Shown here piece by piece: positions 12,764 through 23,271 of a DNA stretch of 64,000 bases; the first letter of the stretch is position 1; each line of letters opens with the position of its first letter. Below the pieces are notes generated by a model that did no database searches, was not told the origin of the DNA, and saw nothing but the letters and a program-made list of their open reading frames with translations. Position numbers and translations under genes: made by a program. Source of the DNA: Mobula hypostoma. Lineage: Eukaryota. The stretch is taken from assembly GCF_963921235.1 (NCBI RefSeq), contig NC_086097.1:197472001-197536000 (forward strand). The letters run 5' to 3'.

Positions 12764-15700
12764 GACTCAGGCCTCGGGGGCCAACATCGGGCACGATGAC
12801 GAACTCTCCACTTCTCTTTTTCCCTCATCAGTGTGTTTAATTCATCTACATTAGCCGCGCTGCTGTCTTCTCGGAGTGTGTTGACCATAGTCTTGGGAGG
12901 GCGCCCAGGGTTCATCCTCCCATGCTTGGGCTCCCATATGATGACTAAGCTGGCAGGTAGCTCGGGATGGCGTAGACAGTGCCCTGCTAGTTGCAGTCTT
13001 CTCGCCTCGATTTTAGTGGTGAGCATCAGTAGGTTGTTATAGAGCTCGACATTCGTCATGTGCTGTTGCCAACTCACATCAAGAGCCATCCGGAGCATTC
13101 ATGTATAGCAACCATCTAGAGACTTTCGTATTGTCTTGGTGAGTGTCCACGTCTCGCATCCGTACGTGAGAATGGACTCTTTGACTGCTATGAAAATCCT
13201 CTTTTTAACCCCTCTGGTCAGGTTCGATTTCCAGATTTCCTTCATGTCATTCATAGCGCTCCACGCCAGCACCTTCCGTATCTTTATGTCCTTCTCTGAA
13301 CTCATCATTCTTGACCCGAGGTACTCGTAGTCAAAGACTTTCATAATGGTATCATTCTCTATGGTTTTGAGAGTACCTTTGTCGCAGTTAAATGTACTCT
13401 GTCTTTTTAGCGTTTAGGTGAAGCCCAACTTTATTGCACTCAATTTCCACTTTTGTCAGTAGCTGCTGTGCTTCCTCCATCTGGTCAGAGAGCAGGACTA
13501 TGTCATCTGCAAAATCGAGATCTGTGAGCGTAACTGGTTTGACCCTTTTGGTTCGCCCTGGTTTTATGGTAAAACCAAGCTTCTCATGATCTTTGGTAGC
13601 TTGGCGCAGAGCGTAATCAAGCACAATTATGAAGATGTAGGGTGCCAGAGTGTCTCCTTGCAGCACACCAGCTAGGAGCTCAAACACTGCTGCTTCTCCG
13701 TCTGGCGATACAACTTTCGCCATGGTTTAGGTATAGCTGGACTCTATTGCTCTCAGTTGATGGTCTGGCACTCTGTAAGCTTTCAGGATCTTCAGCATTT
13801 TACCTCGGTGAATGGAGTCAAAAGCTTTGTGAAAATTGATGTAAGTAAGCACGGCTGGTAGGTTGTTCTTCTTGACTTCCTCAATGATCCTACAGAGAGC
13901 AGTATTTGCATTACTGTTGTGCGCTTCTGCCGAAAACCATTCTGATTGATTCTTAGCTTAGGGCCAATGGCGGTGCGAATCCTGTTCAAGATCATCCGAT
14001 TGCATAACTTTGTTAAGATGCAGGTCAAGCTGATTCCGCGGTAGTTAACTGTCTTTGTGAGGGATCCAGACTTGTGGACTGGGATAATGTCTGAGAGTGT
14101 CCACTGTTCTGGTTTGTTGCCTTTCATCAGTGTCGTATTACATATGTCCAGCAAAATGTCATCCAGGTTGCAGTTCTTCAGGAAATCTGGTGGTATCCCA
14201 TCTGGTCCAGCGCTCCTGCCCTGTTTGAGTGCATATTTGGCCTTCTTCAGTTCCTCAATGGTGAATGGGCCATCTTCGATGTCGACTTGCGTTAGTATCG
14301 TGGGTATGTCCTCTTCTTCTTCGTAATCATTGGAGGGCTTTCTGGCAGGTTCTTAAAGTGGGTAAACCATGTCAGGACATGGTCCTCTGCTGTTTTACCA
14401 CTTATTTGACCTGATGGGGACTTCTTCCGTCTACTGATCTCATTGACTAGGCGCCATGCTCCTCCATGCTGCATGTCTTCATTAGCAGCTTCTATCTCTG
14501 TAATTCTCTCAGCTAGTTCCTCTTCCTTCAGTCGGTCATAGATGGCAAAGAGATTCTTCTTTGTTGTCTTGAATTTGTCTCTTAGCTCTTCTGTTTCGCT
14601 CCTTCTAAGTTCAGCATGACAAGCATCGACCACACTTCTTGCTGCGACGATGTCAGGATGTTTCGAGATCCGACTCTTCTTGATTTGCTTCACAGTAGGC
14701 AAACTATTTGTTGCATCTGTGTGTGCGTCTATGAGCCGTTGATAGCGGTCGGTGGCAGTATCTTCTTCCTCCCTTTCCAGTGGGCCGAAGCGATTTCTCA
14801 CCTCCACTGTGTACTGGGCTTGGAATAGGTTGTGGAATGCCTTCCAGTCTATCTTCTCCTTGGGACCTGTGGCTTTAGGTTGCCGCATCCTCAGTCTCAC
14901 TTGCATTGACGCTACTCTGTGGTCAGAACTGACCGAGTTGAAGGTGCTGTCGGCTTCTGTGTTGATCACACAATTACGCCATTTTGTTCTTATGAGGATG
15001 TAATCGAGCTGTTTCCTGTAGATGGAGGCTCTGTTTTCATATGTCCACAGCTTACCAGCTCGCTTCTTGAATTCTGTGTTGGCGGCAATGAGATTGTGTT
15101 CCCGGATGAAATCAACTAGATATTGTCCATTTCTGTTGGTAAAGTCTTGGTATGAGTATGGAACATCTTTCAGTCCGACCTGGGCATTAAAATCGCTGTA
15201 CACAGCCAGGAAGTTATATGCTGGTATTGAAGTGACAGCTTCATGAAGTTTACTGTAGAAGGCCTCCACCTCCTTCTCCTCGCTGCAGTTGTGTGGGGAG
15301 GAACAGATGACAACAGAGGTCGCCGGGTTTCTGTCGAATTCTGCAGTAAGGATTCTGTCACTGACTGAGACTACACCCCTCAGAGCCTTCTTCGCCTCGC
15401 TGTTCAACATCAGCCCTACTCTGCCTTGTGCTGACATCGTCGTCGGCTCTCTCCATGCGGACGAGGTGATGAGGTGCATCCCCTTTACCTCTGTGAACCT
15501 TATCTCTTCGTCAGGGTGTACATGACGGTGTTCTTGGATCCCCAGGATGGAGATCTCGTGGCTGCTTGCCTGTGATACCAACTCTGTGCGTCAAGGCAAG
15601 AGGTGGATGGTGTTTGCGTTGAAGGTTGAGATGATCGTTTTTATCTTACAATGCAAAAGAGGCGCAATTCGCTCGGCCCCCTTGTCGGACTCAACCTTCC

Positions 15701-16080
15701 CCGTGGGGTTTGAGGTTGCAGCTTCATACTGCCGGTCTAGGCCAGGGTCTGGGCGTTCTGCAGAGTTCCTGAGCACTCCCGGCTCTGGAAGTATAGGGTT
15801 TGTTGGGTTGTCTGTCATCATAATGCCTTACAAGGCGCGAAACGAAAGACTGTGTGGCGTGCCACTCCTCACACAGACAGTAGGTGGCCGTTGACTCACA
15901 AAGAGTTCATCCACCCTTTGACAGGTTTTGTTTTAGTCCTGCTGGGTGCCAACACACCCTCCTCCCTGGTTAACCGAAGTGCACTGGGGGTGTGCCGGTT
16001 GAGTCGCTGACAACCCGACCCGAGACAGGTAGTACTGGGCTGCGTGGTACCAGTAGCAAGGCAAGGCCCTGGCCTGACCT
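12733..16080 (-). mobile_element. Near full-length, decayed RTE-group LINE (APE-RT single ORF; Proto2/RTE-like, clade tentative) with a (TAG)n tail
   Basis: APE domain in ORF 14292-15581 (ILGIQEHR, DFNA, QLDYIL, SDH). RT in ORFs 13792-14154 and 13388-13723 (GVLQGDTLAP...DFADD). C-terminus in 13099-13344 and 12757-13098. (cta)9 at 12733-12760. Inserted into a CR1 3' end that resumes at about 16090. Confidence 0.9.
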
Positions 16081-16612
16081 GAAAGGGATATTAGGGTTTT
16101 TTAGATCAGTACAACATTCAGGTCTGAAGGGTTCGTACTGTGCTCTGCTGTTCGATGTTGTATGTATCCTCAATGTATATGCAATTACCTATTTTGGAAC
16201 ATGATATTGCAAAACATCGGTTCCAGAGGATTTGTCATCCTATTAGTGTGCTGGGTGATTTTTCTCTGGTTCTCAGTGATATTAATTGTTAGTTTTAGTT
16301 TACTCTTTTGTTTTTTACAATGAAGACTGTTTTTGAAAGCAAATATTTGTTTAATGTGTCAGTCAGCAAGTTGCTTATTGTATGCCATTAATTCTCTGCT
16401 CTCAGTTTCAGAGCAATCTGTGTTTATCTTTGCTATTTTCCTTTTTACACACTCGCAGGAACTTTTAATGATTTTGTATTCCTTACATCCTTTCATATTC
16501 TGCTTTGTTAACTTTTTATTCATTTTTGTTTGGCTTTTAAAAACCTTTCATTGCTTGAGTATGCTATTTGTAATTTTATTAGTTGTTTTTTTCAATCTGT
16601 TACCATACTTAC

Positions 16613-16708
16613 CTTCATTGTAAGCCACAATTGGATTACTTTTCCTACAGAATCTTTGCTTCTGTGTGGAGTGGATTTTGTTGAGAAGTTCTACAAATTC
16701 CTTCATAG
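16613..16708 (-). CDS. Candidate coding exon of an unidentified nested antisense gene (96 nt, phase 1 to 1)
   Basis: Minus strand reads ctaat (branch)...ctgtttttcag|CTATGAAG...AATGAAG|gtaagt, a consensus donor. Only one frame is open: xMKEFVELLNKIHSTQKQRFCRKSNPIVAYNE. The sequence does not resemble any repeat. Confidence 0.45.
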
Positions 16709-17089
16709 CTGAAAAACAGCTTTTGAGTAAATTAGCTAACTTGTTCTTGTCAGTCAAAAAAATACATGTTGTAAATGTATCCAATTAACATTATTTGATT
16801 AACATATCTGGAGTAATGTGATTAGTGCCATCACAAAATTAAACATTCAAGACTGCTAAATTTATTGAGCCAGCTTTTATAAAATGGCATGAATTCATTA
16901 ATTAAGGAATCAAGCACCATTTAAATGTTGCATAGTAACTAAGTACCAGCTGGTTTCTATGGTCAGAAAAGTGCAATATCCGTAATCCAAGATAAATGAA
17001 AATGTGTAAGGAATTTACAAGTTTCTTTTTTCATATATAATTTGTTTCACAGATCTGAACAAGTATATTAAGTATCTGTGGCATTCCAA

Positions 17090-17525
17090 AATCAGAGTCT
17101 GAATCGGGTTTACTATCACTGGCATGTGTTGTGAAATTTCTTGTTAATTGCTGTACATTATAAATTGCAGTAAAAATGTATATATTAAATAAGTTAAATT
17201 AAATGAGTAGTGCAAAAAGAGGAAAAAAGTAGTGAGTTAGTGAGGTACTTGCCTCTGTAGTATTCAAGACATCTTCAAGGAGCAGTGCCACAGGAGGTAT
17301 CCCCACCGCACAGGACAGGCCCCCTTCTCTTTGTTACCACCCAGGAAGGAGGTACAGAAGCCTGAAGGCACACACTTAGTGATTCAGGAACAGCTTCTTC
17401 CCCTCTGCCATCCAATTCCTAAATGGACATTAAACCCATGAACACCGTCTCACTACTTGAGAAAAAATGTGTGTTTTTTGTACTACTTATTTTAAGTTAA
17501 TTATTTTAATTATATGTATATATAA

Positions 17526-17562
<37 letters not shown>

Positions 17563-17790
17563 TGAATTCTGATTCAGATTTATGGGTTCAATGTTCATTC
17601 GTAAATCTGATGGCAGAGCGGAAGAATCTATTCTTAACCGTTGAGTGTGTGCTTTCAGGCTCCTGTATCTTCTCCCTGAAGGTAGCAATGAGAAGAGGGT
17701 ATGTCTTGGGTGTTGGGAGTCATTAATGAGGATTCTGCCTTTTTGGGGCATTGCTCCTCGAAGATGTCTTGGATCCCAGGGAGGCTGGTG
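17090..17790. mobile_element. Cluster of Rex1-type 3' fragments in both orientations, with a (TG)n(TA)n microsatellite at about 17526-17561
   Basis: The LPSGRRYRSLKAHT motif in ORF 17506-17823 and its plus-strand counterpart at about 17330-17410. Confidence 0.7.
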
Positions 17791-17943
17791 CCCATGTAGT
17801 AGAAATAAATGTGCAGAACACACTAAAGGTTAACTCGCAGGTAGAGTCAGTGGTGGGAAGGCGAAATGCAATGTTAGCATTTGTTTCAAGAAGTCTAGAA
17901 TTAAAGAGCAGGGATATGATGCTGAGGTTTTATAAGGCACTGG

Positions 17944-18716
17944 CAGACATCCCACCCCGCAAAAACTCATTTCAGGGAGGTAGCATCCCCCCCCCCCCGC
18001 AACCCCATATCCCCCCCCCAGTTGACCTCCAAGGATGTATGTAATACTTTGTTTAGTGATTTTGTCTAATCTGTAAACCAAGTTGGGTATACGCAGAAAA
18101 TATGACAAAATAATTTAAATACATATTTTATATTATCATGTTTATTCTATTACAACTTTAAGCAAGTCGACAGGGAGTTTGGCCTCATCACGTAGGACAT
18201 CAATAGAGTAGCTCCTTAGCAGCTAGCTAGCTAGTTTAAATAACATTAGCAATGCTAATGAACAAATGATGCCTTTTAAACTCACCTCAACATGTCTTTT
18301 ACATTTTAACCCACCATGAGCATTAGAAGGGTAAACACAAAATAATCTGCAGATGCTGGGGTCAAAACAACACTCACAACACGCTGGAGGAACTCAGCAG
18401 GTCGGGCAGCATCAGTGGAAAAGATCAGTCGACATTTCAGGCCGGAACCCTTCGTCAGGACTCAAAAGTCACTGTTGCAAACAGTGCAGCGAGCAACACT
18501 GTCATTTTTTTGTGGTTGACAGTAAATCCTGCCCACAGAGAAAACTGATTGGTCTCTCTTCGTGCTAAGTAGACCAATCAGGATGCTTGCTCTCGCTCTC
18601 CCTCTCCCTCTCAAAAAAATTGATATCCGGGATATTGTATATAATTTCCAGGCATCAGGGAGCCGCTATCAATATGTGGGAGATTCCCGGAACTTCTGGG
18701 AGAGATGGAATGTCTG
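17944..18716. mobile_element. Non-autonomous DNA transposon (hAT-like termini) with an apparent 6-bp TSD; contains a Penelope terminal fragment at about 18335-18462
   Basis: TIR cagacatcccac...gatggaatgtctg. The host CR1 sequence cactgg is duplicated on both sides. Confidence 0.75.
18427..18462 (-). ncRNA. Minimal type I hammerhead ribozyme motif (Penelope-associated)
   Basis: Minus strand reads AGTC-CTGACGA-agg gttccgg cct-GAAA-T-GTC-GACT. Stem I is AGTC/GACT, both core boxes are intact, stem II is agg/cct, the cleavage triplet is GUC and stem III has no loop. Confidence 0.75.
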
Positions 18717-19599
18717 CACTGGTGAGGCCTCGCCTTGAGTATTGTGAACAGTTTTGGGCTTCTCATCTTAGGATAGATGTGCTGGAATTGGATAGAGTTC
18801 AGAGGAGGTTCACAAGGATGATTGTGGGAATGAAAGGGTTATCATATGAGGAACGTTTGATAGCTCTGGTTCTGTACTCACTGGAATTTAGAAGGATGCA
18901 AGGGGATCTCATTGAAACTGTTTGAATGTTGAAAGGCCTAAATAGAGTAAATGTGGAAAGGATGTTACCCATGGTGGGGGAGTCGAGAACAAGAGGGCAT
19001 CACCTCAGGATAGAAGGGCATCCATTTAAAACAGTTGCGGAGAAATTTCTTTAGCCAGAGGGTGGTCAATTTGTTGAGTTTGTTACCATAGGAATCTGTG
19101 GAGGCCAGGCCATTGGGTGTATTAAAGGCAGAGCTTGATAGGTTCTTGATTGGACACGGCATCAAAGGTTACGGGGAGAAGGCTGGGGAGTGGAGCTGAG
19201 GAGCCCCACTGATTGAATGTGGAGTAGACTCGATGGGCCAAATGGCCTATTTATGCTCCTATGTCTTATGGTCAGTACATCTGTAGAAATTTGCCTTTAG
19301 TATATCAATGATAAGATGGCATGTTCCTTCCATATATTGATGATAAGATTCAATGTTTGATTTATTCTAGACTTCTGTTATTGTGAATGGGTTTGAATAA
19401 AATTGAATGGTTTTATGTTCACCTTTGCCTTGTATTCTCCCAGCTTTCTTCCCTTGTGCCAAAAGCTTTTTCCCTTTTGTGTCCTTTACATGCATTTAGT
19501 TCCTTCTTTCCTTTGCCATGGATTTTAGTCCTTTGGCAAACATTCACTATCCCTCTTCTCCGTAGCTGTTTTTTTCATTCACGGTCTGAATTGACTTAC

Positions 19600-19695
19600 T
19601 TTCACTTGACGTTTGAGACGTCCAACCCAAATCTGATATATTAGCCAAGCCCCAGTATTTCTTTTTCATAACCGGAGTTGTTACTTTTATTGAAT
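19600..19695 (-). CDS. Candidate coding exon of an unidentified nested antisense gene (96 nt; an alternative acceptor at 19724 gives 125 nt)
   Basis: Minus strand reads gtgttctgcag|ATTCAATA...GTGAAA|gtaagt. The frame (QLFDPMCSA)DSIKVTTPVMKKKYWGLANISDLGWTSQTSSE is open and ends in phase 1, joining 16613-16708 in frame. Confidence 0.4.
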
Positions 19696-20765
19696 CTGCA
19701 GAACACATTGGATCAAATAACTGGCTGTGAATCGAAGAGTCTCAAAACAACTTCCTGACCTGAACTTAAAAATCAAGTCTGTATTTGGAGTGTTACTTCA
19801 CCATCCAGGATAAGCAGAGTCATATTTAAACCCACAAAGTCTGCAGGGCACAGTCCTCTAAATCCATCTCCATCTTTTAACTGAGGATTTACAGATTGCT
19901 TTGAAATTAACACATAGTTAATAGACAAATTATCAGCTCCCCTTGATTTTACCACCTTCTGCTTTTGCATTGAAACTTGCATTATTAAATTTAGTGCAAG
20001 TCCTCTTGTAAAATGAATATCTTAATAATGTCCAAGCAATACTTTGATGTATGACTTTTATCTTAGAAGACCACAAGACTATACCACATAGGAACAGAAT
20101 TAGGCCATTCAGCCCAGCAAGACTGCTCCGCCATTCCATCATGGTGGATCCCAGATCCCACTCAATTCCATACACCCGCCTTCTCACCATTTCCTTTGAT
20201 GTCCTGACTGACCAGGAAATGATCTCTTTCTGCCTTAAATAAATGCATGGACTTGGCCTACACCACAGTCTGTGGCAAAGCATTCCACAGATTTACTACT
20301 CTCCGGCTAAAAAAAGTACTCCTTACCTCTGTTCTAAAGGGTTGCTCCTCAATTTTGAGGCTGTGCCCTCTAGTTCTGGACATCCACACCAGAGGAAACA
20401 TCCTCTCCACATCCATCTTATCTCGTCCTTTCAACATTCGGTAGCTTTCAATGAGATTTCTTGCCCCACCCCCAACCAATTCTTCTAAATTCTAGTGAGT
20501 ACAGGCCCAAAGCTGTTCAACACTGCTCATTTGTTAATTCCTTCATTTCCGGAATCATTGTCGTGAACCTCCTCTGGACTCTCTAATGACAAAATGTCCT
20601 TTCTGAGATATGGGGCCCAAAACTGTTGATAATACTCCAAGTGCAGCCTGACTTGTGTCTTATAAAGCCTCAGCATTATCTCCTTGTTTTGATATTCTAT
20701 TCCACTTGAAATGAATGCCAACATTGCATTTTCCTTCTTTACCATAGACTCAACCTCCAAATTAA

Positions 20766-22700
20766 CCATAGAGACCATAGAAACTACAGCACAGAAACAG
20801 GCCTTTTGGTCCTTCTTGGCTGTGCTGAACCATTTTCTGCCTAGTCCCACTGACCTGCACATGGACCGTATCCCTCCATACACCTCCCATCCATGTATCT
20901 GTCCAATTTATTTTTAAATGTTAAAAAAGAACCCACATTTACCACCTTGTCTGGCAGCTCATTCCATACTCCCACCACTGTCTGTGTGAAGAAGCCCCCC
21001 CTAATGTTCCCTTTAAACTTTTCCCCCCTCACCCTTAACCCATGTCCTCTGGTTTTTTTCTCCCCTTGCCTCAGTGGAAAAAGCCTGCTTGCATTCACTC
21101 TATCTATACCCATCATAATTTTATATACCTCTATCAAATCTCTCCTCATTCTTCTACGCTCCAGGGAATAAAGTCCTAACCTATTCAACCTTTCTCTGTA
21201 ACTGAGTTTCTCAAGTCCCGGCAACATCCTTGTAAACCTTCTCTGCACTCTTTCAACCTTATTAATATCCTTCCTGTAATTTGGTGACCAAACCCAAACA
21301 CAATACTCCAGATTTGGCCTCACCAATGCCTTATACAACCTCATCATGACATTCCAGCTCTTATACTCAATACTTTGATTAATAAAGGCCAATGTACCAA
21401 AAGCTCTCTTTACAACCCTATCTACCTGTGACGCTACTTTTAGGGAATTTTGTATCTGTATTCCCAGATCCCTCTGTTCCACTGCACTCCTCAGTACCTT
21501 ACCATTAACCCTGCATGTTCTACCTTGGTTTGTCCTTCCAACGTGCAGTACCTCACACTTGTCTGTATTAAACTCCATCTGCCATTTTTCAGCCCATTTT
21601 CCCAGCTGGTCCAAGTCCCTCTGCAGGCTCTGAAAACCTTCCTCACTGTCTACTACACCTCCAATCTTTGTATCATCAGCAAATTTGCTGATCCAATTTA
21701 CCACATTATCATCCAGATCATTGATATAGATGACAAATATCAATGGACCCAGCACTGATCCGTGTGGCACACCACTAGTCACAGGCTCCAGTCTGAGAAG
21801 CAATTCTCTGCTACCACTCTTTGGCTTCTTCCATTGAGCCAATGTCTAATCCAATTTCCCACCTCTCCATGTATACCTAGCGACTGAATTTTCCTAACTA
21901 ACTTCCCATGCGGGACCTTGTCAAAGGCCTTACTGAAGTCCATGTAGACAATATCCACTGCCTTCCTTTCATCCACTTTCCTGGTAACCTCCTCGAAAAA
22001 TTCCAATAGATTGGTCAACCATGACCTACCACGCACAAAGCCATGTTGACTCTCCCTAATAAGTCTCTGTCTATCCAAATGCTTGTAGATTCTGTCTCTT
22101 AGTACTCCCTCCAAGAACTTCCCTACTACCGACGTTAAACTTACTGGCCTATAATTTCCCGGATTACTTTTCGATCCTTTTTTAAACAACGGAACAACAT
22201 GAGCCACTCTCCAATCCTCCGGCACCTCACCTGTAGACAGCGACATTTTAAATATTTCAGCCAGGGCCCCTGCAATTTCAACACTAGTCTCCTTCAAGGT
22301 CCAAGGGAACACCCTGTCAGGTCCCGGGGATTTACCCACTTTAATTTGCCTCAAGATAGGAAGCACCTCCTCCTTTTCAATCTGTACAGTTTCCATGATC
22401 TCACTATTTGTTTCCCTTAATTCCATAGACTTTATGCCAGTTTCCCCAGTAAATACAGACGCAAAAAACCTATTTAAGATCGCCCCCATTTCCTTTGGTT
22501 CCGCACATAGCCAACCACTCTGATCTTCAAGAGGACCAATTTTATCCCTTACAATCCTTTTGCTCTTAATATACCTGTAAAAGCTCTTTGGATTATCCTT
22601 CACTTTGACTGCCAAGGCAACCTCATGTCCTCTTTTAGCCCTCCTGATTTCTTTCTTAAGTATTTTCTTGCACTTCTTATACTCCTCAAGCACCTTATGT
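20766..22700 (-). mobile_element. Young 5'-truncated CR1 LINE, RT nearly intact (one frameshift near 21785)
   Basis: ORF 20841-21842 (GVPHGSVLGP, KFADD) and the part of ORF 21779-22993 below 22700. Tail accatagagaccatagaaac. Near-identical to 63738-64000 where they overlap. Confidence 0.92.
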
Positions 22701-22790
22701 CCTTCTGCACCTCTGATGTTTGAACTTTCTTCCAGTTTAGGTAATAGTCTGCACTTTTGCAGGCTGGTCCCAGAATGCATTATCATACAT

Positions 22791-23271
22791 TGCAGAGGAG
22801 ATTTACAAGGATGTTGCCTGGACTGGGGAGCATGCCTTATGAGAATAGGTTGAGTGAACTTGGCCTTTTTTCCTTGGAGTGATGGAGGATGAGAGGTGAC
22901 CTGATAGAGGTGTACAAGATAATGAGAGGCATTGATCGTGTGGATGGTCAGAGGCTTTTTCCCAGGGCTGAAATGGCTAGCACAAGAGGGCATAGTTTTA
23001 AGGTGCTTGGAAGTAGGTACAGAGGAGATGTCAGGAGTAAGTTTTTTACGTAGAGAGTGGTGAGTGCATGGAATGGGCTGCTGGCAGCGGTGGCGGAGGC
23101 GGAAACAATAGGGTCTTTTAAGAGACTCCTGGATGGATACATGGAGCTTAGAAAAATTAGAGGGCTATGAGTAAGCCTATGTAGTTCTAAGGTAAGGACA
23201 TGTTCAGTACAGCTTTGTGGTCCGAAGGGCCTGTATTGTGCTGTAGTAATTTTCTATGTTTCTATGTTTCT
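22791..23271 (+). mobile_element. Short CR1 3' fragment
   Basis: QRRFTRMLPGL...WNGL region ending in (tttctatg)n. Same subfamily as 52920-54505. Confidence 0.85.

Larger units (their letters stand above)
17810..19275 (+). mobile_element. CR1 3' portion split by a DNA transposon at 17944-18716
   Basis: LRFYKAL (to 17943) continues as (AL)VRPRLEYCEQFW from 18717; the tail ends tatgtcttatggtc. Confidence 0.85.

Noticed and set aside
21779..22993. 404-aa ORF as a single gene
   Set aside because: It is a chimera: antisense of one CR1 3' fragment, about 90 bp of an older CR1, and ORF2 of a third CR1, in frame by chance.
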